Shown here: piece after piece, positions 35,742 through 49,650 of the stretch | Layout of the letters: each line of letters starts with the position of its first letter | Position numbering within the stretch: position 1 is the stretch's first letter | Source: Octopus sinensis | Taxonomy: Eukaryota | Length of the DNA stretch: 64,000 nt | NCBI RefSeq assembly: GCF_006345805.1 | Contig: NC_043006.1 | Location: 52,204,001 to 52,268,000, forward strand | Reading direction: 5' to 3' | Notes under the pieces: model-generated | Told to the model about the DNA's origin: nothing | Database searches by the model: none | The model's input: only the letters and a program-made list of their open reading frames with translations | Made by a program: the position numbers and the translations under genes

Positions 35742-35863
35742 TTTTATAGAAGGAGCTTCTACAGGACTAGAACTGTTTCATTCAAATGAAATCATCAGGA
35801 AGCTTCCTGATGATTTCATTTGAATGAAACAGTTCTAGTCCTGTAGAAGCTCCTTCTATAAAA
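35742..35863. repeat. Perfect 122-bp palindrome with no spacer, centre between 35802 and 35803
   Basis: Base-by-base complementarity from 35742 to 35863 about ...caggaag|cttcctg... Confidence 0.95.
35801..35851 (+). ncRNA. Type I hammerhead motif (an identical copy lies on the minus strand at 35754-35804)
   Basis: Stem I AGCTTC/GAAGCT. Core CTGATGA 35807-35813. Stem II T.TTC(ATTT)GAA.T, with a non-canonical U-U closing pair. GAAA 35826-35829. Stem III ACAG/CTGT. Triplet GUA, site after 35845. Confidence 0.65.
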
Positions 35864-36067
35864 TATATATATATATATAATATATATATATATATATTCT
35901 CGTTATTGTGAGAGTTTCTCCATAAGATTTATAGAAAAATGAGGGTGAAAACATAAACAGAAATATTTCATTTTGAGTCACCAACATTAATCAGAAATCT
36001 CAATATCTTACTCTCAACCAAATGGCACCTTCCAATCCTTCATCAATCATCAAATCAAGCAAAAATA

Positions 36068-36535
36068 ACTGAAGAGTCACAGATTATTAACAACCAAAGA
36101 CATCCACCAGATCTTAAAAGATTCTTAACAAAGGCAAAATTAACACCAAAAGAAGAAATAATGCAGGTAAAGAAATGTAAAGACATTTGTTGTGGAACAT
36201 GTGAATTTATTGCACAAAACAGTTCACGAACATGAAAGTTTAATGTAAATATGAATTTCAAAACAAAAGAACCTCATATATTGTATCACATGTCCACAAA
36301 ACACCGAGAATTATTGTGACCGCACAGGATTAAAATTAATCGACCATATCAAAGTTAATAAATAACAAATTGGAGATCCATCTGTTAGAAATGTCCCATG
36401 GAGTGAACATCTAGACATTTGTACAAACGGAAAATTCTAAATATTTCCCTTTTAAAAAATAAAGGAAGAAAACGATTGGTCACAAAAGGCAAAAGAAGAA
36501 TACTTTATAGGAATTCTAAATCTGAAACTAAACAG
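36068..36535 (+). mobile_element. Decayed Penelope-like (Neptune-type) linker plus GIY-YIG endonuclease remnant
   Basis: Frameshifted peptides RHPPDLKRFLTKAK, KKCKDICCGTCEFI (Cys linker), LIYCITC, SEHLDIC..GKF.IFPF and KEEYFIGILNLKLN match the Penelope EN layout. Confidence 0.65.
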
Positions 36536-37062
36536 GAAGTAATGAAAACTGCTATGCTACAAGAAACAAGTACTTCTTTATGGATTACCTTTAATATGTG
36601 TGTTTGAAAAGTTGCAAGCATGAAAGGGGCTTACGTGAAAACATCCTTCCATAAGGTCTGTGCTAATCTGCTTTTTTACAAAGATTTCTTTAGATGATTA
36701 ATTATTTTTAATTTAAGATTACAGTCTAAAGAACTAAAGCAATATTTGTAAGAAATTTGATTCTACTAATCTACTACCTTTATTCTTATAATCCATCTTA
36801 TAATATAAATGCTTCATATGTATGATCATATGGTGTGATACTATACTCATATGCAAAAGTATAGAGAAATACACTGAAACATATACAAATATCACAACTA
36901 TACATAAATATTCAAATTGAATTAATTTGTAAACACAAACACATACATATATATAGAAAACTGTGTATAAGTTATATACAGAAGGTGAACAATGTAAATC
37001 TTATGAAGTGATTACAATAGTGCTTTGTTCATGCTAGCTCTGGATTAATCAAAAGCATGATT

Positions 37063-37093
<31 letters not shown>

Positions 37094-40000
37094 TGTGTGT
37101 GAATATTTACATGTATATTGAGAGAATAGTGTAGGAAAGTTGGTTAAGTATTTCTGGGCATGGCTTATTTTTCTGATAAAGTCATTTTTTTCAAAACTGA
37201 TATATGCATATCCAACAACTATACTGAAAGTGAGTTTTAGGAGCAGACTCTTCTATAATGATATTAATAATATTGATAATAATAATGATGATGATGTTGA
37301 TGATGATGATAATAATAGCTTGGAGAAGGCGAGGATGTGTCGATTACATCAAACCCAGTATTGAATTGGTACTTATTTTATTGACCCCGGGAGGATGAAA
37401 GGCAAAGTTGATTTTAGCAGTATTTGAACTCAGAACTTAAAGGCTGATGAAATATTGCTAAGATTTTTCCTGGCACAGTAATGATTCTGCCAGATCACTG
37501 CCTTAAGAATAGGGCTACAGCAAATACCACAGATTTGCTTGTCAGTTGTTTGATCTTAACCAGTTGAGCATGTTGCTTGGTGGCTGATGATATGTGTACC
37601 TCTGATCACAAGCAGAAGTAGTAGGGGGCATCATAGCCAAGTGCTGAAAGGAATTCTTTGGGGTTTGAATGATTCACCTCTGGAAACATGGGTGCTTCAA
37701 TCAACATCCTTAAACGAGCCTTATTCGGGGACCTTTTGAGCAGGAGGGGTTACCCAGCCTGAAAAATTTCTAACTGGGCTCCACCTGCAAGGTCATGTGC
37801 TGTTTATCTTGATATGAGATCACCTTGTCATGCACATATGGCTGTGATGCATGTGCCTGGTGTACCCTTATCAGATGGGTAGTCATAATGGGTACACTGG
37901 GCTTTGTATATTTTACCCCAGTGCATGTACTGCTCTCTGACTCAATAATAATAGTGTTGTAAAGCGGGTTCCTCCCACTGGTGTAATGTGTGACTTCTAT
38001 TGTACTGCAGTTGCTGTTTTACACTAGTGACCATGATAGTTACTAGTCATTGGATACCATTGTAACACTTTGTACTGGAATAATAATACACTAACTTCTT
38101 CTGTCTTACTATCGCTGATAGCTCCACAAGACACTGACTAGAACTGTCTACTCCCAACTTTTTGACTCTTGACCCTCTCTTGACGACTGGCTACTGGTCT
38201 ATTTATAATGGCTTCTCCTACCACTTTTTACTGAAAGGAGTATATAATCTCACTATACAACAAGTAGTAGTAGTAGTAGTAGCTGAAAAAGCAGTAGTAG
38301 TTGTTGTCTTTTCTGATTTAGGCTCAAGATCAAAAATGGAAGTGAGAGAGTCAGCATTTCTCAGTTTGAGAGTCACTGCTAGAGATCTTAAAATCTGAAA
38401 ATTTCATTACTTGTCTCGATCAAAAATTCTAATCACATCTGGATTTTTAGATATATTCCTCTCTCTTGAGAGAAGTATATCATCACTCTCATACTCTTCA
38501 TGCCAATCTTTTGAATGACTGAATAACAATTTGTTATAGATTCTTCACTAAAATAATATTTTAAATCTCATTCAGTTTTTACCATAAGTTTTGCAAGGAC
38601 AAAACATTCTCTCTAGTTCTGGTGGCATGATATAATGAATTCTGTACTCTTTGTTAAATTGTTGCCAAATAAATGGAAACAAGATAAGGTAGAAAGAACA
38701 CTACAGTCTGACTGAGGATATGATGATTCCTCTTGTACTGGTATCATGATAAAATGTAGTTAATATATTGCACACAATGGCTGGCAGTATGAAGAATATT
38801 CAGCTGTACAAGCCATACCACAAGTGGAATATGCAAGCTAGACATGGTGTCTGACCTATTTTGAAGAGTAGCAACTTCAAAAATAATAATAAAAAAAAAG
38901 AACTGTGACAAATTATCCAATCTCTACCAGCTGCTGCTTTTGGTGGTGATGATGATGATGATGATGAGGAGGAGGAGGAGGACTATGCTGGTGGTGGTGG
39001 TGGTGGTGGTGATGATGATGATGGTGATAGTGACGGTAGCAATGGTGGTGTAGGTGGTAGTGGCAATGATGATGAGGAGGAAGAGGAAGAGATGATGGAA
39101 CTTGAACTACATGTTTCAAAGTGATTTTATGTTTTTAAAGACCACAGGGTATGATTCAAGAGAAATTAGGCTGCTATTTTTTGTTAGTCAAATTTCCACT
39201 TAGAAGATAGTGTTGCATAGTCCCAGGTCAATCATGTCCCAGCAAACTTTTGATCAAATACATCCAAGTTGTGACCAACCCATCTTTTATACTTTCGTAG
39301 TGAAATTCTATCGGCTCATCTGGGACCTTTATATCTCAGTCTACATGTACTCTACATAGACATATTACACCTTTTTGGAATCAGGATGATCCCGCGATTG
39401 AAAATCTGCCCTTCATTTTTGTTTGTTCCTTCTCGAGCCAAGCCTGGCTCATAAGGGCCGGTTTCCTTAGCGTAGAGGTTCCTCACCTGGATGGGATGCC
39501 AGTGAGCTGCAAGATGCAGGAGGAAAAAGTGAGAGAAAGTTGTGGCGAAAGTGTCAGCAGAAGTTCTCCATTTCCTTCTGCTGGAGCCGCGTGGAGCTTA
39601 GATGTTTTGCTCATAAACACACACATCGCCCGGTCTGAGATTCGAACCCACGATCCCTCGACCGTGAGTCCGCTGCTCTAACCACTAGGCCAGGTGTCTC
39701 CACTGCCCTTCATTTGGTTCTTGAATATCCAGCATTGGGATCTGATTTAAAAGCATTTGGGTTGCTATTTCTTGCAGGTTGCTATTTCTTGGTTGGTATT
39801 TTCAGATGATGCCAGAGATCAAGTGGAAAACAAATGACATATTCTTCGTTAATTTAACATCGAGATAAGAACTTTGGGACAAACTGGCCAGCAGTTGGAA
39901 TTCAACTTGGGACTGGAACAATAGAATGATTCATCATCATCGTTTAATGTCTGATTTCCATGTTAGCATGGGTTCGACAATTTGACTGAGGTCTGGCGAA

Positions 40001-41679
40001 CCAGATGGCTGCACCAGGCTCCAATCTGATCTGGCAGAGTTTCTACAGCTGGATGCCCTTCTTAATGCCAACCACTCCGTGAGTGTAATGAGTGCTTTTA
40101 TGTGCCACTGGCACGAGGGCCAGTCAGGCGGCATTACAGAATTAATTTTCATCCATCCTTAACCTCTGATCAAACACAACAGGGGCATATAGTCATTTTA
40201 GATGTATTATTGTCATGCTCTTTAGTTTTGGGCTGCAGGCTCAATTAGCCCTCTGTCGGAGCTAGCTTAAAAGTCTGCACAGAGTGCGGCTTTTAAGATA
40301 GTATATGATATATTTAGAACTGTCTTACCTAATCCATTCTTTTCTTTTTAAATTTAAAAATATTTAACTGCTTGTTTCTAGCTCAGAGATTAAGGAGTCT
40401 ATCCAAGTTGAGCCACTTCTCTGTATTGAGAGGTCACAGTTCCAGTTTTACCAACGTGATTAGAATGTTGTTGGAATGAATTGCAAGAGGGATTCTTCAA
40501 ACCAACCCAACTGGTAGGGGACCTCGGAGTAGACTGAGAATGAAATGGTTGGCTAATATCTATAATCTTGGTTGGTCATGTTTAGGAAACCAGCCAGAAA
40601 TTTAATGACATTGCTTCTGATAGGATCCTATGGAGAAGGTACTTAAGGACTCTACCCACCCATGACACTCATAGGGAAAGTGGATTGAAAAGTTGGATGG
40701 CTGGCTGGCTGGATGTTTCCACAAGTTAGATCAATGGTTCTCAACCAGAGTCTATATGGCTTTGGGGGCCCATATAAGATTTTGTTGTTAAAATTTATCT
40801 GCAATATATTGGTTATACACAAATTATTTTAACAAATTTTCAAACTCATCCTGTTATTTGTGCATATATGGATGCCGGCTGAACTAGTAGGCAACACGAG
40901 AGAGGCCTCGATGTGGTAGCTCGAGATGCTAGAAATAACTGCCAAATCTCCTTCAAACTATCAACCCTAATGTCTTATACAAAGAAAAAAATATGGTTGT
41001 GTGGTAAGAAGTTTGCTTTCCAACCACATGGTTTTGAATTCAGTTCCACTACATGGCACTTTTGGCAAGTGTCTTCTATTATAGTCCTGGGCACAATTAA
41101 TTTATGGTGGCTAATAATAAAAGTCACAAACTGAAAGAAGTCCATGTCTGTCTTCATATTTGTGTTTATTCTCCACTACTGCTTAACATCTGGTATTGGA
41201 TTGTTTATGTCCCCTAACTTAGCAGTTAGTTAAAACAGCCTGAGAAAAAATACCAGGCTTGAAAGGGGCCAATTGTTTGACTAAACTTTTGGATGCAGTG
41301 CCCCAGCAGTGCTGCAGTAGAGATTAGACAGCTATATATTTAAACTTATACAAAGATACAGAAATTATGTTTCTGAAAGATAATTTTTTCCCAAAATTTC
41401 AATTCTTTTAAATCACCCACCCCAGCTTTCAGAATAACAACATTCACCAAACTGAGAAGTGATGCAAGCACAAGTCTTACACCTCACCCCTAACCATCGC
41501 TACCACCACTGTTGAAGATATTAGGTAAATTTATTGCCCCTCCCTAGTCATTGTTAATGAGAAAATGAAATAACCTTTTCATCTGTATAATTCTATTTTC
41601 TTTGCTGTAGTTTGTGGCCAAACTGAAAAGATCTGACACATTTTATAAGTTTCAAATCAACTTAATTGTTTTTAAAATG

Positions 41680-41945
41680 CATCCAGGTGAAAAAAAAGTC
41701 ACAGGTAAAAAAGTCAGAGGAAAAAAAGTCATGGAAAAAAAGTCAGAGGAAAAAAGTCACAGAGGTTTTGTCTGTGGAGTGGGAGTGGGGTTTGTCCGAT
41801 GGGGTTTTGTCCAAGGGAGGTTTTATCTGGATTCCATAAATTAATTGTGACTTTATTACCGGCCACTATAAATTAATTGTGCCTTTTTTTCTTGTGACTT
41901 TTTTCCTACCCAAAATTGTGACTTTATTACTGGTGACCTCCAAAA
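41680..41945. repeat. Composite short repeat element with AAAAAAGTCAC tandem units and inverted GTGACTTTTT units
   Basis: About five gaaaaaaagtca units, three ggttttgtc units, then ttgtgactttat/ttgtgactttttt units. Confidence 0.6.
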
Positions 41946-44809
41946 CATGGCACAGGCATGACTTTGTCATGTAGAATGTTACTATAGACCAGGGACATGC
42001 AATTTTTTTGCCACGAGAGCTCCAGACCCCAGTTATGAACTCATTTGCATACAGCCAATCAGAGCTCAACTATCAAACTAATTTATGAGCACATAGCAAG
42101 TGATGGGCGGGTCACTTGGGTGAGGAATGACCTTGCTTCCTTTCTTTATTAATAATGCTTGTTGTTCTTGTTCTTGTTTCAACCATGGCTGCCTCTGCGT
42201 AGTTATTTGTGCTGTTATTTACTTTGTAAAACAGTAAGGGGAGAGGGTTGCAAGCACATCACTCTCTACCCACATTTTTCCCATCCACATCTTTACTATA
42301 TGGGGCCCTAACAAAATCCAGTAATAGGTATAGATGCAGTTCTATCTAATTACTTGTCTCCTTCTAAAATCAGGCATAACTTGGTGATCAGTCAACTTAC
42401 AACACCGTTCTTTGTCTTGAGTTTACTTGGTAGAGCATGTTTTACCAAGAGATTGGTTGTTTTTAGCACATTCATGAACGTTATGTTGGGTTTTGCATCT
42501 AGGCATAAACTGAGAGCTGAATGGTACCTTTCTTTCACACTTTTCAGACAATCTTTCAACAGTCTACCAGCAGCAAAGCATTCTCTGTTACAAACATAAG
42601 ACATGAAATTTTGAGGCCGAAGTTAAGTCCACTGGTACTTTATCGACTTCGAAAGGATGAAAGCAAAGTCGACCTCGGTGGCATTTGAACTCGAAATGTA
42701 AAGACAGAAGAAATGCTGTTTGGCATTTTGCCTAAAGCGGTAACGATTTTGCCAGCTTGCCGCCTTTAGCCAGATGAAAATAATACAAAACATTTTTGAC
42801 TGAAGTTTTAACGATTACTAGCAACAAGCATTCTCACTTGTTCCTATACATATTTGAAAAACTTTAAGTAGTTGAAAAAATTTAATATGACCCTGTACTA
42901 GTTTAATATAATCGACTAACTAACTCTCCAATAAATTCCAGATCTTGTGCGTTTGTTTGAAACAATTATTTTCTATAGGACAATAATTACGCTTGAAATT
43001 TGAGAGACACGCAAACCATTAGTTTCAGAATGTAGTTAAAGGGAGGTAACTGCTAATTTTTAACTTTTTATATTAAGAAAGGCTCCAATTGAAATATTTC
43101 GGAGTTGCTAAGGTTTGTCGTGTTGCTGAAACACAAGTAATCACATAGAGGAAAACAATCATTTTTTGCCATTTAAAAAGACACAAAACTGTAATTTGTC
43201 AACTACAATGTGGCGAAACTTCAGTTGGAACGACGAAAATGATAAAACACCGAAAAATGAATCTGTTTCTAAATGGTTTAGATGACTCTTCTACAATATG
43301 ATAGCTAAAATAAAGTAACTTTCATGTTAAGGATAAACAATTACTATAAGCTTATTTAAAATTTTAATAACAGTCCCATCATCATCATCATCATCATCAT
43401 CATCCGTAACAGCAGTTAACGTCCATGTTCCATGCTTTCATGGGTTAGGTGGGTTTGACAGGATTCAATGGGCCCAAGGACTACATCGTGCTTCAGTATC
43501 AGCTTTAACATGGTTTCTATAAGCTATAAATGCTATTAAATTATCCATCTATATAAAATTTGATATCTGTTTATTGTAAATGAAAAATACCAAGCATATT
43601 ACTCTTTTTACTCTTTTACTTGTTTCAGTCATTTAACTGTGGCTATGCTGGAGCACCGCCTTTAGTCGAGCAAATCGACACCACGACGTATTCTTTGTAA
43701 GCCCAGTACTTATTCTATCGGTCTCTTTTGCTGAACTGCTAAGTTACGGGGACGCAAACACACCGGCATCGGTTGTCAAGCGATGTTGGGGGGACAAACA
43801 CAGACACACACATACGTATATATATACATATATACGATGGGCTTCTTTCAGTTTTCCTCTTCCAAACCCACTCACAAGGCTTTGGTCAGCCCAAGGCTAT
43901 AGTAGAAGATACTTGCCCAAGGTGCCATTCAGTAGGAATGAACCCAGAACCATGTGGTTGGTAAGCAAGCTACTTACCACGCAGCCACTCCTGCGTCTAT
44001 AAGAGATAGATTTCAAATTTTAGCACGAGGCTAGCAATTTCGGTGGAGGAGGTAAGTCAATAACATCGACCCTAGTGTTCAACAGGTACCTATTTTATCG
44101 ATTCCAAAAGGATGAAAGGCAAAGTCGACCTTGGTGATATTTGAACTCAGAACATAGAGATAGGCGAAATACCACTAAGCATTTTGTCCAGTGTGATAGC
44201 AATTCAGCCAGCTCGTTGCTCCTAGCATATGTAAGAAATAGACAATGGATTCATGACCTCAGTCTTCAGATTCGTTTTATTTTTTGTTCTTGAACTGTGC
44301 ATTTAAAGTCTATTTGTTTAAAATTAAGTTACACAGAAGGAAATACACATAAACCATTCAGCTCTAATTTCAGTAACCTTGTTTGGCTTTAATACAGGTA
44401 TATATTCGAGATACCTGTAAAAAAGAAGCAAAACAGAAAAATAATAATCAGTCAGTTCCTTCTGTTATTTTAAAACAGTTTCCCTCTGCCATCTTTGGTC
44501 CATTTTCCTTCTACCTGTTACAAAGCGATTTTGTGAAGACTTAGCTCACACACAGACATTAACAAACTTCTTTCACACAAACTTCGAGCCCTTTAACTTC
44601 CTCCTTCCACGAACATAGTGGCAGACTATTATAAGGACAGAACAAGAGACTTTTGATGTAAACCAACTGTCATCCAAAATACAAACTTTTGTAAGTTTTT
44701 TTTTTCTCCCACTCATTGCAGTTGTGTAATAATTGAATAAAATCAGCAATAAGTATAGATTATCTGTCTTCACTTCATTTCAGTAGACCCAGAAGTTATC
44801 CACGTGTTA

Positions 44810-44843
<34 letters not shown>

Positions 44844-46189
44844 GTTTAACGTCCGCTTTCCATGCTAGCACGGGTTGGACGGTTCAACTGGAGTCTGGGG
44901 AGCCCGAAGGCTGCACCAGGCCAGTCAGATCTGGCAGTGTTTCTACAGCTGAATGCCCTTCCTAACGCCAACCACTCTAAGAGTGTAGTGGGTGATTTCA
45001 TGTGCCACCGACACAGGTGCCAGACGAGGCTGGCAGACGGCCACGCTCGGATGGTGTTTTTTATGTGCCACCGACACAGGTGCCAGAGGAGGCTGGCGAA
45101 CAGCCACGATCGGATGGTGTTTGTTATGTGTCCACAGTACGGAGGCCAGTCGATGCGGTACTGGCTACGCCCACGTTCGGATGGTTTTCTTATGTGCCAC
45201 CGGCACTGGTACCACAAAGATACAAATTCCATTGATGTTCATCTATTTTGATTTGGTTTGATTTGATTTACAAATATATACATATATTAAATATTAGACG
45301 CTGATTGTAGAAAAAGAAAAATTTGACATAAAATTAACTATAAATATATATATACATATAAGCAAAAAGAGAATGTGAAACAGTAAAGAGTAGTGATGTA
45401 ACATAGTGTGTTTGGACTGTACAGGATGACCACTTTCTATACATAGTCAAAGGTATGTTATGTTTTAGGAAAGGGGTGGCTAAAACTCAACTATTCACTG
45501 CCAGAGAAAGATTTGTTTCTGAGAAACCAAAATTTCTTAATAATAATAATAATAATGTCAGCATGGAAAGCGGACGTTAAATGATGAATAATAATATGTG
45601 CTGCTGGCACGTAAAAATACATTCGAGCTAGGTTGTTGCCAGTGCCGCTGGACTGGCTCTTGTGCAGGTGGCACATAAAAAACATTATTTGAGTTTGGCC
45701 ATTGCCAGTATCTTCTGACTGACCCTCATGCCGGTGGCACGTAAAAGCACCCACTACACTCTCAGAGTGGTTGGCGTTAGGAAGGGCATCCAGCAGTAGA
45801 AACTCTGCCAGATCAGACTGGAGCCTGGTGCAGCCATCTGGTTCGCCAGTCTTCAGTCAACTCGTCCAACACATGCTAGCATGGAAAGCGGACATTAAAC
45901 GATGATGATGAGGATGATGATGATGATGATGAATCATTTCTACTGTAGGCACAAGGCCTGAAATTTTGGCGGAAGGGGACTGGTCAATTACATCAACCTC
46001 AGTGCATAACTGGTACTTATTTCATTAACCCCGAAAAGAAGAAAGGCAAAGTCAACCATGGCAGAATTTGAATTCAGAATGTAAGGACAAATGAAATGCT
46101 GCAAAACATTTTGCCTGGCATGCTGATTCTGCCAGCTCACTGCCTTAATAATAGTAATAATGATGAGGATAATAATAATAATAACAGAT

Positions 46190-47050
46190 CCAAATAGTGA
46201 CAAACCTATCATTGATGCAAAAATCATCAAACAAAAAGCAAAGAAGGCTTGCGTGAATATTGAAGACAACTGGAAAAGTAAATGGAAAATACCCTAACCG
46301 CCTATCCAAGCCAGATATTGATCAAAATCTAACACACCAATGGCTACAAGGGACAGGCCTGAAAGGGGAAACAGAAGGTTTTGCTATTGCAGCACAAGAT
46401 CAGTGCTTACCTACCAGAAACTACCATGCAAATGTCCTTAAAGATGGATCTGACCCCTCGTGCAGAATTTGCAGAAAATTCACAAAGACAATTGATCATG
46501 TTGTTTCTGGCTGCCCAGTCCTTGCTGAAAAAAAGCTCATAAGACATGACAGACTAGGGCAGTACATCCACTGGAATGCTTGGAAATTTTACAAAATTGA
46601 ATCCCATGATAAGTGGTACAGGCACCATCCAGAAGATGTTGTAAATGGCGAGGGCGTCACCATCCTTTGGAACATCCCAATACAAACAGACAGAAAAATT
46701 GACTCCAATCGACCAGACATTGTGATCGAGGACTACAACAGAGGAACTTGTCTGTTAATAGATATGTCTGCCCAACAAGATCAAAATGTCTCAAGAAAGG
46801 AATATGAAAAGTTTTCTCACTATGAAGATCTTCGAATTGAAATCACGAAAATGTGGAAGCTTAGTACTACAATAATACCAGTAGTAATTAGTGCGTTGGG
46901 AATGATAAAGAAGAGAGCTGAGAAGTATATTAAGCAACTCTCTGGTAACTCCATATACTATGGAAAGCACTCTCCATCTAAAATGGAGTAAATGTGGTGA
47001 TAATTTTAGTATGCATAGCAAAACAAAAGTGTTCTTGCTACTCTTGGCCC
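46190..47050 (+). mobile_element. R4/Dong-clade non-LTR retrotransposon 3' fragment (CCHC knuckle plus restriction-like endonuclease)
   Basis: ORF 46260-46991: ETEGFAIAAQDQ, CRIC..TIDHVVSGC, RHDRLG..IHW, RPDIV..IDMS..K and PVVISALG. Confidence 0.85.
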
Positions 47051-47094
47051 CTGGAGGATACCTGGTACTAAGGCAGCTGAAGTAAAGTTATAAT

Positions 47095-47114
47095 GAAAGG
47101 AAACCATAAATAAT

Positions 47115-47208
<94 letters not shown>

Positions 47209-47262
47209 GTAGTAGTAGTAGTAGTAGTAGTAGTAGGAGGAGGAGGAGGAGTAATAATAATG
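47095..47262. repeat. Compound (AAT)n(TAT)n(AGT)n(GGA)n trinucleotide tract
   Basis: Read directly from the sequence. Confidence 0.9.
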
Positions 47263-48878
47263 GTTTCAAATTTTGCCACAATGACAGCAATTTTGTGGGA
47301 GGGGATGAGTTGATTACATCAACCCCAATGTTCCACTGGTACTTATTTTGTCGACCTCGAAAGGATGAAAGGTAAAGTTGACCTCGGTGAAATTTGAACT
47401 CAGAACATAAAGACAGATGAAATGCCACGAAGCATCTTGCCTGGCATGGTAAAAAACAACAACAAAAAAAAAACAGGATAATACAAAGACAAAAGATGGA
47501 GGTGATTTACATACAAAGTTAATCCAAACAAGAAAGCACAAAAAAACACAACAACGCGAGGACGTGGAACAAATATAGTATTATTGGACACTCAGGAAAG
47601 AAGGAGGGTTTAACATTTCGAGCAGAGCTCTTCGACATAGGAGAAGGAAAGATCCAGAGAAGGGAAGACAGAGGAAAAAAAATCGCCAATGGTACACACG
47701 AGGTCAAGTAATATAACAATAAAAATTTACAAGAAAATTGATAACAAAATTCCTCAATAAGAGAAAATACTACTCAAGAGTAACTAAGGAACTACACTAA
47801 TCTTGAACCTAGATCATCTCAACCACTGCAGGCATCACAGAGAGCATCCCTTCTTGTCCATTGTCTTCATCCTACAGGCACAAGCTTTGAAGAGGCTCAC
47901 TCACTGAAGCCATCTTCACCACATTCACCCACCTTTCAACAAATTTACTGGGTGTTAGGGAATAGCATCTTCCTCTCTACTCTCATCTTCCTTTAGAAAT
48001 AGAACTTAAAGATGTTGATGAAGGCTTGACAGAAGAGGAAAGTGTCTGTCTTCAGTCTTTTCAGAGTTGCCCACTATGCAACTTCTCTGGTTATAGCCAC
48101 CAGATAGAGGAAAACTATTTGTTCCCCTATTCAAAAGAAGACAGCAGGGCAATCTTCATGATAGATTTGGCCAACAGCTCAATCTGCCCTACACATGAAA
48201 GCAACTGTTTGACATAACTCCATAAGCCAGCAATATTCAGGTACTGTACAAATGCATGCAGGGCAATTTTTACCTCTGCCAAGGAAAGAGGTTATGTTTT
48301 AATCGGCATTGGTTTGTCTGTCTGTGTGCAAACTAACTCAAAAAGTTGTGAACAGTATTTGATGAAACTTGCAGGAATAGTTGGTAATGACACAAGGAAC
48401 AGATGATGAAATTTTGGTAGTGATCTGGGAATTTTTATGGATCCTTGAAGGATTTTTCATTTGTTATATTTACTTTACATGAAGTATTAGTTACGTTCTT
48501 TTATTATCTCCCTTGAAAACACGTTCATCGTTTCCCTATTAGTAATTTTACTCGCGTATCTATCTTAAAATGAGCTGCTTGGCAGAAGTCTGCGGAGGGT
48601 GACATGACAAGCCTTGACTATTGGGGTTGACTCAAAAATCTCAGGCTTTGCTCCCTTCACTGCCGCTGTAAAACTAGCTTGCTGTTGTCATTGATGTATT
48701 ATAACTGCTTAATTAGTCAACGAAGTACTCAATTCATTTTAAAACAGTAAACACACACACAGTAATTGAAAACTGGTGGCTTTGTGCATTTTAAAACTAA
48801 TTCATCACTAAGTTATCTCCCTTGACATTATAACAACCACTTCTAAATTTTTACAGATTTCGTTTTTATCACTTAGAG

Positions 48879-49221
48879 CAGAGTTTCTCAACCATTTAAA
48901 AAAAAAGTCCATGGATCCCTTTGATTACTATTTTATTCTGGTGGACTCCCATAGCCATTCAATGTTTAAAAACTAGTTTTATATAAACGTCTTATTTTGT
49001 TTTTCATACATTTACTTGTGTAGGTTGAACTATGTAAAACGATCGAAAAAGAAGCCTTTCTGTTTCTAGCAATATATACACCAAAAACAACTTTTTTTAG
49101 GGGCCTTTAACATACTATTGTGGATCCCCAATTTATTCTTTTGTTGCGTGGACCCACCCACACCCCAAAAAATATTATATGGACCACCAGGGGCCATATG
49201 GACTCCGGTTGAGAACCACTG
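48879..49221. mobile_element. hAT-superfamily MITE; a partial relative lies at about 40733-40830
   Basis: TIRs CAGAGTTTCTCAACC / GGTTGAGAACCACTG. 8-bp TSD ACTTAGAG / ACTTAGTG (7/8). Confidence 0.8.
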
Positions 49222-49309
49222 ACTTAGTGCTACCATAGGTTTCTGTGGAATATAATACGTTGGAGACAAACATTAGTCTCTCTTCTTATCTACTTACTAT
49301 TGTGTGTGT

Positions 49310-49498
49310 GTATCTATCTATCTACCTACCTACCTATCTATCTACCTACCTATCTATCTATCTATCTATCTATCTACCTATATTTCTATCTATCTATCTA
49401 CCTACCTATCTATCTTATCTATCTATCTACCTATCTATCTACCTGTCTACCTATATATCTATCTATCTACCTATCTATGTATCTATCTATCTACCTAC

Positions 49499-49534
<36 letters not shown>

Positions 49535-49543
49535 ATATCTGTA

Positions 49544-49594
<51 letters not shown>

Positions 49595-49595
49595 A

Positions 49596-49629
<34 letters not shown>

Positions 49630-49650
49630 CCTACCTATCTATCTATCTGT
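49310..49650. repeat. (TATC/TACC)n microsatellite
   Basis: Read directly from the sequence. Confidence 0.95.
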
